A stretch of DNA of 64,000 bases from Syntrophotaleaceae bacterium (GTDB taxonomy: Bacteria; Desulfobacterota; Desulfuromonadia; Desulfuromonadales; Syntrophotaleaceae). The stretch's first letter is position 1, and each line of letters opens with the position of its first letter. The notes beneath the pieces are model-generated. The model was not told the DNA's origin. It saw nothing but the letters and a program-made list of their open reading frames with translations, and did not search any database. A program made the position numbers and the translations under genes. Below, one piece after another: positions 52,110 through 61,373 of the stretch. The stretch spans positions 32,457-96,456 of the forward strand of contig JAWKQB010000005.1 in the NCBI GenBank assembly GCA_041390365.1, read 5' to 3'.

Positions 52110-53153
52110 ATGCATTTGTTTTTTCGTCGTTTTTTCCCCCTGATCACCCTTCCGCTCGCCATTGCCTGCTGTGTGCCGCAACCGGAAGTTGCCTCTCCCG
52201 ATCCGGTTCGATTGCAACAGCCCGATGCCAGCACCACCAACCCGGCCAGCGCCGACTTCGACCGCTGGGTGGAGGAGCTGGCCATCGAGGCGAGGAGCCG
52301 GGGGATCAGTGAAACCACCCTTGCGGACGCCCTGACCGGCCTGCAGCCTATCCCGCTGGCAGTAAAAGCGGCAGGGAAACAGGCCGAAGATGTTTTTTCC
52401 GCCCGCCGCTATCTGGAACGGATGGTCTCGGAGAACCGGATTCGCCAGGGCATTCTGCAGATACGGGAAAAAGAGGCTCTTTTTGAAAGGGTTCACGACA
52501 CCTACGGAGTGCAGCCGGCCTACCTCGCAGCCTTGTGGGCCATCGAAAGCGATTTCGGCAAGGGCAAGGCCCGCTTTCCCCTGGTCGGGGCACTGGCGAC
52601 CCAGGCATGGCAGGGCCAGCGCCGCGAATTTTTTCGCCGCGAGCTGCTGGCGGCCCTGGAAATCCTCGACCGGGAGGGGATGAAAAGCGCCGACCTGCGC
52701 GGTTCGTGGGCGGGGGCGAGCGGGCAGTTCCAGTTCATCCCCACCAGTTACCTCCACTATGCGGTCGATTTCGACGGCGACGGTCACCGTGATATCTGGA
52801 CCGATCCCGCGGACGCCCTTGCCTCGGCGGCGAATTTTCTCAAGGAGGCGCGCTGGCGGCCGGATCAGGAATGGGGCAGGGAAATTCAGCTGCCCGCCAG
52901 GTTCGATCCCGCCCTGGCCGGACTGAAGGTGCGCAAGCCTCTGGCGGAATGGCGGAAACAGGGGCTCGCTGAAGCCGCCGGCCCCGCGGATCGGATGGCC
53001 TCACTCCTGCTGCCCGACGGCCCGGAAGGACCGGCCTTTCTGGTCTTCGACAATTTTCGCGTGCTGATGCGCTGGAACCGCTCCAGCTCCTTTGCCCTGG
53101 CTGTCGGAACCCTGGCGGACAGGATTGAAATGGGAGTGAGGAGTGAGGGGTAA
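52110..53153 (+). CDS. lytic murein transglycosylase (MltB/SLT_2 family) lipoprotein
   Basis: Trimmed to the ATG at 52110 (MHLFFRRFFPLITLPLAIACC lipobox). YGVQPAYLAALWAIESDFG, GSWAGASGQFQFIPTSY, AVDFDGDGHRDIW. Confidence 0.85.
   Translation: MHLFFRRFFPLITLPLAIACCVPQPEVASPDPVRLQQPDASTTNPASADFDRWVEELAIEARSRGISETTLADALTGLQPIPLAVKAAGKQAEDVFSARRYLERMVSENRIRQGILQIREKEALFERVHDTYGVQPAYLAALWAIESDFGKGKARFPLVGALATQAWQGQRREFFRRELLAALEILDREGMKSADLRGSWAGASGQFQFIPTSYLHYAVDFDGDGHRDIWTDPADALASAANFLKEARWRPDQEWGREIQLPARFDPALAGLKVRKPLAEWRKQGLAEAAGPADRMASLLLPDGPEGPAFLVFDNFRVLMRWNRSSSFALAVGTLADRIEMGVRSEG
53132..53152. repeat. heptamer array GAGTGAG-type (3 units) spanning the mltB-like stop and the hydrolase GTG start
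   Basis: gggagtg aggagtg aggggta. Confidence 0.8.
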
Positions 53154-54069
53154 CGGGCCAATCGTCAAGCATTCGTCTAATGACCGCCGTCTGCGGCTGC
53201 CCGACGGCCGCAGGCTCGGATACGCCGAATTCGGAGTTCTCGACGGGCAGCCGGTGATCTACATGCACGGGCTGCCCGCTTCCCGCCTGGAAGCCCGCAT
53301 CGCCGATCGTGCGGCCCGGAAGGTGGGTATCCGCATCATTTCCCCTGATCGTCCCGGCATGGGGCTTTCCGATTTCCAAACCGGCCGCACCCTGTCAGCC
53401 TGGTCTGAAGACGTGGGGCACCTGGCCGACAGCCTGTACCTGGAGCGGTTTTCCCTGCTTGGGGTTTCAGGCGGTGGGCCCTATGCCCTGGCCTGCGCCA
53501 GCAGCATGTCCCGTCGACTGCGCGCTGTAGGCCTGGTCGGGGCTCTCGGTCCGATGGCGGTTCCCCACCTCGGCAGATCGATGAAGCCGCCGGCCCGGTT
53601 CAGTTTCCACCTGGCCCGCAATTTTCCCCGATTGTCCCGCCTGCTCTATGGCGAATTGATCGGCCGGCTGCTGCGGCAATGGCCGGATCTCGTCACCCTG
53701 CTGCTGCAGCCTGCCGAGGCCGACCGCCCGGTGCTTGCCGATCCCGATGTCTCGGTTATTTTGACGAATTCGATCAAGGAGGCTCTACGCCAGGGAGGAC
53801 AAGGCCCGGTACGGGATCTTCAACTGCTGGGGGAGGAGTGGGATTTCGATTTGAACCGGATCGACTGCCCGGTCCATTTATGGCACGGGGAACAGGACGC
53901 GACGGTGCCGATCGTGATGGGCCGCTATCTCGCCCATGTCATTCCCGGCTGCCAGTCCCGTTTCTATAAGAAGGAAGGCCATTTTTCCCTGCCGGTCGGG
54001 CACATGGAGGAAATTCTTTCGGACATCAGCAGCGGGGTGGGGCGGGGATCGATAAAAAACCTCGTCTAG
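53143..54069 (+). CDS. alpha/beta-fold hydrolase
   Basis: LPDGRRLGYAEFG...PVIYMHGLPASRLE, nucleophile elbow LLGVSGGGPYA, C-terminal HLWHGEQDATVP ... EGHFS. The start (GTG at 53143) is uncertain. Confidence 0.75.
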   Translation: MRGNGPIVKHSSNDRRLRLPDGRRLGYAEFGVLDGQPVIYMHGLPASRLEARIADRAARKVGIRIISPDRPGMGLSDFQTGRTLSAWSEDVGHLADSLYLERFSLLGVSGGGPYALACASSMSRRLRAVGLVGALGPMAVPHLGRSMKPPARFSFHLARNFPRLSRLLYGELIGRLLRQWPDLVTLLLQPAEADRPVLADPDVSVILTNSIKEALRQGGQGPVRDLQLLGEEWDFDLNRIDCPVHLWHGEQDATVPIVMGRYLAHVIPGCQSRFYKKEGHFSLPVGHMEEILSDISSGVGRGSIKNLV

Positions 54070-54073
54070 CCTG

Positions 54074-54355
54074 TTATTTCGCTGCGGCTACTCTTCTTTC
54101 CACCACAGAGAAGGCCCGGCAGCGCTGCAGGGAGTAGCTGTTCCAGGTCCGGCTGAAAACCTTGATGGCGATGTCCGGGCAGATGCTGGCGCACAGGGCG
54201 CAGCCTGCGCAATTCCCCACGTCATCAAATCTGGCAACCGGAAATCCCTGCTCGCTCACCTGTTCCTTCAGGGTGATCAAGTTTCTGGGGCAGGCGGTTG
54301 TACAGAGAGCGCACCCCTTGCACCTGTCCTGGTCAATTTCTATTCCCACCGGCAT
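54074..54355 (-). CDS. 2x[4Fe-4S] ferredoxin-domain protein
   Basis: CKGCALCTTACP and CAGCALCASICP motifs. The start is ambiguous (ATG 54355 or TTG 54376). Confidence 0.75.
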   Translation of the reverse strand: MPVGIEIDQDRCKGCALCTTACPRNLITLKEQVSEQGFPVARFDDVGNCAGCALCASICPDIAIKVFSRTWNSYSLQRCRAFSVVERRVAAAK

Positions 54356-54505
54356 ATCCTGTCTTTTCGGCAACAATGGAAAACCCCCTCCCTTCGAGAA
54401 GGGGGGGCTTGAAACCGGCAGAGTCTATGGCCCTTTAGGGAAAAAGTCAACAGAACAGAATTTGCAGCACCACTGCAAACGCGCACCATCCTCCAAAAAC
54501 ATGCA

Positions 54506-55342
54506 TTATTTCAAATTACCCGCTGCTTTGTCCCGGTGGGAAAAACCCAGACCTGCCAACCCCTCCCGGAGATCCTTGAGTGCCGCCTCGATCAGGGCTT
54601 GTACCGCAGCCTGATCGGTTCCGGTAGCGGCCAGCAGGATATCCAACTCCGGCATCTCTCCCGGTTCACCTGCCAGGGATTTGATGTAGACGGCGGGGTG
54701 GGCGGGAACCACCCGGCGGAGCACCGGCTCGAGCAGCGATTCGTCATTGCAGCAGACGGTCAATGTATGCAGGGCTGAAAGACCGCCCTGGAAGGTCTTT
54801 TGCAGAAAAGGCTGCATGGAGGTGGTAAAGATTCCCTTCAGTTCCGGGGGTACGCCGGGCAGACTGATGATGGTCGTTTCGCCGGCTTGCAGCAGGACTC
54901 CGGGAGCGGTACCGGCCGGATTGGTCAGCGGGATCGCCCCTTTGGGAAGATAAGCCATCTTCTCCCGGGCCGGGTTGAGCCCTCCGAATTCGAGAATGCC
55001 CCGGGCATGGAAGTCATCGTAGCTTTTGCGGATCATTTCCCGGGCCTGTTCGTGCAGTTCAAGGGGAAATCCGACCCCCTCCGCCACAGCCGCAAGAGTG
55101 AGATCGTCGGCCGTCGGGCCCAGCCCTCCCGAGGTGAGGATGACTTCCGGGCGTCGGCCCAGTGCCGCCCCCAATTCCCCGGCAATGGTTCCAAGATCGT
55201 CCCGCAACACCGTGCTGCGCACCACCTGGCCGCCAAGCCGATGAATTTCGTGGCAGAGCCACTGCGTATTGGTATCCAGAATTTCACCGTTGAGAATTTC
55301 ATTGCCGATAATGAAAATTTCCACGAAAACCGGTTTTGTCAT
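54506..55342 (-). CDS. CinA-like / MoCF-biosynthesis (molybdopterin-binding) domain protein
   Basis: VEIFIIGNEILNGEILDTNTQWLCHEI..LG......VLRDD...I.......R.EVILTSGGLGPTADDLT. Confidence 0.8.
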   Translation of the reverse strand: MTKPVFVEIFIIGNEILNGEILDTNTQWLCHEIHRLGGQVVRSTVLRDDLGTIAGELGAALGRRPEVILTSGGLGPTADDLTLAAVAEGVGFPLELHEQAREMIRKSYDDFHARGILEFGGLNPAREKMAYLPKGAIPLTNPAGTAPGVLLQAGETTIISLPGVPPELKGIFTTSMQPFLQKTFQGGLSALHTLTVCCNDESLLEPVLRRVVPAHPAVYIKSLAGEPGEMPELDILLAATGTDQAAVQALIEAALKDLREGLAGLGFSHRDKAAGNLK

Positions 55343-55525
55343 AGCTTCAATTCCCCCCAGCGGTCACCCCTCCGAACGACCGGCTTGCGATCAGCGGAGT
55401 CTCTTTTCACAAAGACCCCGCAACTTCTTCCTTTTTCATTTGAACCTTCATCAAGCGTAGCAGCAATTATCATTATTACAATCGAAAGAATCGTATCTAG
55501 TCTAAACGAGTGAGGTTACAGCGTT

Positions 55526-56554
55526 TCATCGCCGCACCCTGAATTCGTCGGGAGGCGATTCCGGGTCGGGGGAGCCGCGGAAGGTCCAATAGAGAAAAGC
55601 CAGGGAAGGGGCGAGAATGATCACGCCGAAAGGCAGCACGGTGAAAAAGGCGATCAGGGTTTCGCGGGGAGCTGCCGCCTCGGAGATCGTCAGCTGGCCA
55701 AGCAGAAGATCGGGGTAGAGGGCGACGCCGAAACCGAGCAGGGTGAAGGCCACTGTCGCCCCCGCTCCAAACTGTGCCGCGAAAAACTTGCGTCTCCAAA
55801 GCAGAAACTCGGTTGCGGCACCAAAGAGGACTGCCAGGGAAATGCACACCAGGGTCCGGGGCAGCAAAAGACGGGCAGCGAACCCGGGGGCGTCGAAAAA
55901 GGCGACGGGTATTTCCAGCGTGGTCAACATCCCCAGCACAAGAGCCGCAATCATGCCGCGACGGCGGAAGTCCTCCCTCAGGTCTCCCTGAGTCCTGACC
56001 GTCATGTAGATGGGAGCGAGGTAGGCACAGATGGCCAGGCCGATCAGTCCGCCAACAATGGTAAACGGAGTGATCCAGTCCCAGGGGCCTGTCGCCGCGC
56101 CTTGCGCCGTCAGCCTCAATTCTCCCCCCGCCGTAGCGGCTACGGCCATGCCCAGGGCCAGGGGCGTGAGCATGCTGGACACTTCGAAACTGCGGGCAAT
56201 GAAAGGCACCCCCCGGCCGGTTTCACGCCCGAAATGGCGAAAGGCGAAGGCGGCACCGCGAAAGTTGATCCCCACCAGCGCGATCACCAGCGGGACCAGC
56301 AGGGCGGTAAAAAGTGTGGAAAAGGCCCGGGGGAAGACCATGAACAGCACCACGACGACGTAGATCAGCCAGACGTGATTTGTCTCCCAAACAGGACCGA
56401 TGGCTTGAAACAGGCTTTCACGCTGTTCCTTTTTCCGGGGCCCGGAGGCCAGGGCGGTCCAGATCCCGCCGCCGAAATCCGCTCCCCCGAAGGCGGCGTA
56501 CATGATCAGACCGAGCAGCAGGGCTCCGGCAGCCAGGTCAGAGAGAGTCACCAT
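55526..56554 (-). CDS. cydB: cytochrome bd-type quinol oxidase subunit II
   Basis: Multi-TM. LIMYAAFGGADFGGGIW N-terminus typical of CydB. Overlaps the cydA 3' end. I prefer the second ATG (56554) on SD spacing. Confidence 0.85.
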   Translation of the reverse strand: MVTLSDLAAGALLLGLIMYAAFGGADFGGGIWTALASGPRKKEQRESLFQAIGPVWETNHVWLIYVVVVLFMVFPRAFSTLFTALLVPLVIALVGINFRGAAFAFRHFGRETGRGVPFIARSFEVSSMLTPLALGMAVAATAGGELRLTAQGAATGPWDWITPFTIVGGLIGLAICAYLAPIYMTVRTQGDLREDFRRRGMIAALVLGMLTTLEIPVAFFDAPGFAARLLLPRTLVCISLAVLFGAATEFLLWRRKFFAAQFGAGATVAFTLLGFGVALYPDLLLGQLTISEAAAPRETLIAFFTVLPFGVIILAPSLAFLYWTFRGSPDPESPPDEFRVRR

Positions 56555-57863
56555 GAACATCCTCCCGGGAACCGTCCGTGGAAGGTTCGCGCTTCAGCAG
56601 CATTTTGACCAGTCCGCCGGTGAGCAGGATATACACGATCAGAAAAACGGCCAAAACGATGGCCAGCCCACCGCTGGGATTGGCCCCCTCCGCAACCTTC
56701 ATGACACCTTGAATAATCCAGGGTTGCCGGCCGAATTCGGTGACCAGCCAGCCGGATTCGAGGGCGATCAGGCCGAAAGGGGCGGCCGCGACCAGCAGCC
56801 AGAGCAGGGGGCGACTGGCGGCAAAATTCCGCCTGCGCCAGGCGTGCCACCAGAACCATCCCGCAGCCAGAGCCATGATGAAAAAGGAACCGACCATGAG
56901 CTGAAAGAATGGATGCACCCAACGGGGGTCAGGCACCTCATCGGCGGGAAAATCGTTCAGTCCGACAACGACGGCATCCGGGTCCTTAAAAGCGAGCAGG
57001 CTCAACATCTTCGGTACGCGAAGAGCGAAATGGACCTCGCCCGTTGCCGGATCCGGCCAGCCGCCGAGAATCAGGGGAGCTCCCGCCATTGTTTCGAAGT
57101 GAGACTCGGCCGCCGCCAGCTTCGCGGGCTGGTGGCGGGCCAGAAAAGACGCCGACCAATCGCCGCTGAACAGCATGAAGGGCAGGGTCAAGCTGCCCAC
57201 CGCCATGGCCAACAGCAGCGCCTTCCTGAAATAGAGGCTGTTCTGCCGCCGCAGCAAGGCAAAGGCATAGATTCCCGCCATGCCGAAGGCCGTGGCGGTG
57301 AAGGCTGCCAGAGTGCCGTGCACCGCCTGATGGGCGAAAGCAGGATTCATCATCGCCCGCAACGGCGAAATGTCGGTGAGTGCGCCGCTGTCCAGTGTGA
57401 AGCCGGCCGGCGTATTCATCCAGGAGTTTGCACTGATGACGAAAACGGCGGACAGGGCGGCCGACAGAGCCAGGGGGATGGTGCACAAGAAGAGGGCCCG
57501 TCGCGAGAGACGTCTTTCTCCGTAGATGTAGAGGGCGAGAAAAATGGCTTCGGTGAAAAAGGCGTAGCCTTCCATCCAGAAGGGCATGCCGATCAGCGGC
57601 CCGCTGAACTCCATGAACCGCGGCCACAATAATCCGAGTTCGAAGGAAAGTACCGTACCCGACACGGCACCTATTGCGAACAGCAGGCCCGCCGGGCGGA
57701 TCCACCGGCGGGCCATGTCGTGGTAGAGTTCGTTGCCGGTTTTTAGAGAGATCCCCTCGGCAAGCATCAACATCAGCGGCAGTCCGATGCCGATGGTGGC
57801 ATAGATGATATGAAAGCCGAGGGATATGCCCATCAGGGCACGAGCGGCCAGAACATTGTCCAT
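56538..57863 (-). CDS. cydA: cytochrome bd-type quinol oxidase subunit I (short Q-loop type)
   Basis: LARALMGISLGFHIIYATIGIGLPL, FWGKLF-like region, GWLVTEFGRQPW near the C-terminus. 441 aa. Confidence 0.9.
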   Translation of the reverse strand: MDNVLAARALMGISLGFHIIYATIGIGLPLMLMLAEGISLKTGNELYHDMARRWIRPAGLLFAIGAVSGTVLSFELGLLWPRFMEFSGPLIGMPFWMEGYAFFTEAIFLALYIYGERRLSRRALFLCTIPLALSAALSAVFVISANSWMNTPAGFTLDSGALTDISPLRAMMNPAFAHQAVHGTLAAFTATAFGMAGIYAFALLRRQNSLYFRKALLLAMAVGSLTLPFMLFSGDWSASFLARHQPAKLAAAESHFETMAGAPLILGGWPDPATGEVHFALRVPKMLSLLAFKDPDAVVVGLNDFPADEVPDPRWVHPFFQLMVGSFFIMALAAGWFWWHAWRRRNFAASRPLLWLLVAAAPFGLIALESGWLVTEFGRQPWIIQGVMKVAEGANPSGGLAIVLAVFLIVYILLTGGLVKMLLKREPSTDGSREDVHGDSL

Positions 57864-57908
57864 GATCGGCCTTTATACCGGCAACGCCGGCGGTTTGGGT
57901 TTTTCGGC

Positions 57909-58316
57909 CTATCTGCCCGGCAGCCTGCTGGAGGCCTGCCGGTCCATGCGCTCTTTTTCTTCCGCGTAATCGATGCTGTAGCGAGCCCAGGGACGAACTT
58001 TGAGCCGGGGATATCCAATCGGCTCCTCCGTGCCTTCGCAGAGGCCGTAATCGCCCGTATTGAATTTTTCCAGGGCCCGGTTCACCTCCCGTAGAAGCTT
58101 GTATTCCTTTTCGAGAACACGCAGCTGTACGGTTTGCATCTGATTTGTCGAAGCCTGATCGATCTCTTCCATGTTGTCGTCCGGATTCGATTCGAAATCC
58201 CTGACCCTCATGAGGTCAATGGATTTGATCACCTCCTGGCGTTTGGTCAGCAGCAACTGCCGGAGTTCGTCCAGCTGCTCTTCGGTCAACTCTTTGGGTT
58301 CATTGCTATATGCCAT
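57909..58316 (-). CDS. DksA/TraR-family protein lacking the Cys4 zinc finger
   Basis: Coiled-coil LTEEQLDELRQLLL...EEIDQAS with an acidic tip. The C-terminal DYGLCEGTEEPIGYPRLKVRPWARYSIDYAEE has a single Cys where DksA has CxxC...CxxC. Confidence 0.65.
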   Translation of the reverse strand: MAYSNEPKELTEEQLDELRQLLLTKRQEVIKSIDLMRVRDFESNPDDNMEEIDQASTNQMQTVQLRVLEKEYKLLREVNRALEKFNTGDYGLCEGTEEPIGYPRLKVRPWARYSIDYAEEKERMDRQASSRLPGR

Positions 58317-58568
58317 GGCAAACGTGGCCCCCCTGTTTCAATTTTGGGATGTGGTTGCTGTTTCCGGAAATATTAGGATCTCTCCGCCGGATGTCAAGAC
58401 GGTTTTCCACATCAGCCTCTTCTGGTACAGCATGCAGGGCTCTTATCGCCATGAACCAGCGGACCCGGATGTTTTTTTGTTAGAAAACTGTTAGAATTCT
58501 AACCGGGAACAATTTGATGTCCCTATAGTGGACCGGATAATACCCATTGTTAATAAAAAGGACAATCA

Positions 58569-59339
58569 ATGGAATTCATCCATAATTGCCGGTTAGTGAC
58601 AATCAACATCGGTTTATACAAAAGGTGGAGAGTGGCAACCGGAATTGTGGTTGTGTTTTTTCTGGCAAGCCTGAGCGGTATTTTGTATTCGCCTCTGGAG
58701 GAGTGGTCGGCGAAATTCGCTAACAGAAACTACAATGGGGAGGGATTGATCGAAATACTGGAAGCGTTCTTTTGGCTTTCGGCCTCGCTGGCCTACCTTT
58801 TCCTGCTGATCAGAAACGTCAGGCAAAGAAGATGGACGATGACTTCAACCTGGTTTCTGTTTTTCACCTGTTTCTGTTTTCTGGCATTTGGCGAAGAGGT
58901 CAGCTGGGGACAGCATATTTTCCATTTTCAACCGACTGAAACTGTTATTTCCTTTAATAAGCAGAACGAATTCAACATCCACAATCTGAACCTGTCGAAA
59001 ATATTTGACCTGGAAAAAGAATACAACCTGACCTATTTCCTGAATCCTCTTTTCTATGCCCTTTGCGGAATCCTCTGGCTGGTCGTTCCGCTGCTGAAAA
59101 AAGCCGGCTGGCTGCAACGAAACCGTTTGTTTGCAGCACTGCCGGCTCCTTCCTACCCTACCGTCCTTTTCTTGGGCGCCAATATCGCCGCTTATATCAT
59201 CGTGGACAAACTGTTTTTCGATATCGGTGAGATCTTCGAGCTGGCCCTGGCTTTAACCGGCCTCATGGTTCCACTGGATATAATGTTCGACGACAGTATT
59301 CAACCCGCAGCTTTTTCCTTTTGTAAAAAGGCGGCCTGA
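58569..59339 (+). CDS. hypothetical multi-pass membrane protein
   Basis: 256 aa with 5-6 hydrophobic helices and a FGEEVSWGQHIF motif. Lower G+C than its surroundings. No family assignment possible by eye. Confidence 0.5.
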   Translation: MEFIHNCRLVTINIGLYKRWRVATGIVVVFFLASLSGILYSPLEEWSAKFANRNYNGEGLIEILEAFFWLSASLAYLFLLIRNVRQRRWTMTSTWFLFFTCFCFLAFGEEVSWGQHIFHFQPTETVISFNKQNEFNIHNLNLSKIFDLEKEYNLTYFLNPLFYALCGILWLVVPLLKKAGWLQRNRLFAALPAPSYPTVLFLGANIAAYIIVDKLFFDIGEIFELALALTGLMVPLDIMFDDSIQPAAFSFCKKAA

Positions 59340-59356
59340 TTCTCTGCAGCGGCTTC

Positions 59357-59380
59357 GAGCCATCCGTTTCGGGATGGCTC
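59357..59380. terminator. hairpin between convergent genes (possible bidirectional terminator, no U-tract)
   Basis: GAGCCATCC-gtttcg-GGATGGCTC, 9-10 bp. Confidence 0.35.
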
Positions 59381-59393
59381 GCAATGCGGCAGC

Positions 59394-60257
59394 TTAAACC
59401 GTGACCACGCCTTTGACTCTGCCGACCATACCCCCCGCTGCAGCGGCGATAGCACCGAGCAGAAGAGCAAAGAAGGACCAGATGGCAGCCTGCGCAAGGG
59501 CATCTGTAATCTGCTCGGCCCTTTGGGTCACCTGTTCGCCGAACTGCTGCACCTGCTGCCGCGCCTGCTGATAGGTGTTCACCCACCGATCGACTGTCGA
59601 CTCGGCTTCCTGTTCGCTCATATCGGTGTACTGCGTCAAAATGCCGGTGATTTTTTGTTTATCCTGAGGTGTGATCTCAGGCTGCTGGAAAACTTGGCGG
59701 ATGGTGTTGGTCAGTTCGGCGACCGCATCCTCGCCGCCTCTTTGCCTGATCTGTTCCATGATCTGCTGACCCTCCTGCATGATCGCCTGCATCGGGTCCT
59801 GTCCGGTCATCATTTCCGCCATCCCCGGCGCCACCGCCGACATGAACTGCCCGGCCATTCTCAGGGTATTCTGCATCAGGTTGAAGGTTCCGCCGACAAC
59901 GGCTCCCAACAGGTTGGCGAGAAAGACCATGCTGATGATAAAGGTAAGCGACCATGTGACCAGACCGTGCAGGGCGCCATCCCATTTCCTCTGCATCCCG
60001 GCGAACCGGCTGGTCACCCACCCGCCGATAAACAGGGAGATGATCCAGCTTAAGATCCACCAGATGGTCGTACCGATGCCGAGACCGCCAAAAGGATTCT
60101 GTTCGGTAGCGGGATTCACCGCAAACAATCCGATCGCCATCCCCAGCAGAACCAGCATCATCATGGTCACCAGGGTTATGGAAGTACCGGCAAAAATGGC
60201 CCGCCAGGAAACGTTCGATATGGAATCGGTTCGCGGCAATGCTTGTCCGTTGGTCAT
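59394..60257 (-). CDS. hypothetical membrane protein (4 N-terminal TM helices, Q/E-rich helical middle, C-terminal TM)
   Basis: 287 aa with coherent hydrophobic/amphipathic organisation. No recognisable motif. Confidence 0.5.
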   Translation of the reverse strand: MTNGQALPRTDSISNVSWRAIFAGTSITLVTMMMLVLLGMAIGLFAVNPATEQNPFGGLGIGTTIWWILSWIISLFIGGWVTSRFAGMQRKWDGALHGLVTWSLTFIISMVFLANLLGAVVGGTFNLMQNTLRMAGQFMSAVAPGMAEMMTGQDPMQAIMQEGQQIMEQIRQRGGEDAVAELTNTIRQVFQQPEITPQDKQKITGILTQYTDMSEQEAESTVDRWVNTYQQARQQVQQFGEQVTQRAEQITDALAQAAIWSFFALLLGAIAAAAGGMVGRVKGVVTV

Positions 60258-60373
60258 AAGAACCTCCTGTCGAATCGGGTGTTTTCAGATACGGGGCATA
60301 ATTAAACTCTTCAAACATGCTAGCACCTCGATAATCGGAATCAAGGGGCGGCATGGAAAATATGACCCGCTCT

Positions 60374-61291
60374 TCACCGGTTCCAGGTGGTAAGATCCAG
60401 ATCTTGCAACAGTCTGCTGACTGCCAGTTCCTTGGCCTTGGCTTCGATGTCGACAGTGGCCGTCAGCGATCGCCAGGGCTCCGGAAAATCGGCAGGATCG
60501 ATGTAATCGGCATGAACCCGCGGATCGGAGGAACCCCAGCCGTGCCGGGGTGAGGAAAGGTGAAAATATGGCTCACGCCCGGTTCCGTGCCAGGTCTGGA
60601 CAGTCCGTTCGGTGGCTTCGGCAACGCTCAGACCATCACCGTTGCACCGGTGGTGATGGACGTCGAAAATAAGCGGCACCCGCAGTTCGCGGCAAATGGG
60701 CAGGAGATCGCTTACGGTAAACAGGCGGTCGTCATTTTCCAGGGTCAGTCGCTGCTGCAGGGCCGGGGGCAGTCGGGGGAAAACCTTCACGATTCTGCTC
60801 AGCGCAGCTCGCTTGTCGCCATAGGCGCCCCCGCCGTGAATGTTGATGACATCCGCACCGACCAGTTCTGCGACCCGGGTCTGGTACTCGAGTTCGGCGA
60901 TGGACGCCTGCAGCACCTCCGGTTTGGGAGCTGAAAGCAGAACGAACTGATCAGGGTGAAAACTGAGCCTCAGATTCCGGCTCCTGGCAAATTCGCCGGC
61001 TTTGACGAGCAGACCGGTAATCTGTTTTCCGTCGGGCAGGTCCTCGAGCCGGTAACCGACCAGGGGATGAGTGAACAGCGGAAAAAGTTGAGAAAGAATA
61101 CGAAAAGCGCCGAAGCCGAGACGATGGGTCTCGACCAGGGCGGCCAGCAGGGAGCCTGCGTTGTGCAGACACAGTTCGTTTAATCTGGCAAGCTGACTGG
61201 AGCGCTCCAGATTCAAAAGGGATTTAGCGGTCGTGCGGCGAAAGCGGATGGGAGCTTCATTGAAAATGCAGCATAAACCGAAGCGCAGCAT
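60374..61291 (-). CDS. uvsE: UV damage endonuclease (UvdE/UvsE)
   Basis: Trimmed to the ATG at 61291 (MLRFGLCCIF...). RLSFHPDQFVLL, VINIHGGG, TLENDD, IFDVHHH are UVDE TIM-barrel motifs. The track extension overlaps the rpsD 3' end. Confidence 0.85.
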   Translation of the reverse strand: MLRFGLCCIFNEAPIRFRRTTAKSLLNLERSSQLARLNELCLHNAGSLLAALVETHRLGFGAFRILSQLFPLFTHPLVGYRLEDLPDGKQITGLLVKAGEFARSRNLRLSFHPDQFVLLSAPKPEVLQASIAELEYQTRVAELVGADVINIHGGGAYGDKRAALSRIVKVFPRLPPALQQRLTLENDDRLFTVSDLLPICRELRVPLIFDVHHHRCNGDGLSVAEATERTVQTWHGTGREPYFHLSSPRHGWGSSDPRVHADYIDPADFPEPWRSLTATVDIEAKAKELAVSRLLQDLDLTTWNR

Positions 61292-61373
61292 CGGACCCTC
61301 CCCTCTCCGAGCCTTCTCGGGCTGTTTCTTCAGCCGTTGAAGGCCGGGTTGGCACTCGCTGCCGAAGCGGGGA

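Noticed and set aside
54377-54505. Possible small RNA or tRNA in the cinA-ferredoxin spacer (hairpins CCCCCT..AGGGGG at about 54385-54415 and TTGCAG..CTGCAA at about 54461-54480), and in the spacers at 55343-55525 and 58317-58568
   Set aside because: There is no cloverleaf, no conserved tRNA boxes, and only weak U-tracts. At most these are weak terminators, which I consider insufficient evidence for a feature.
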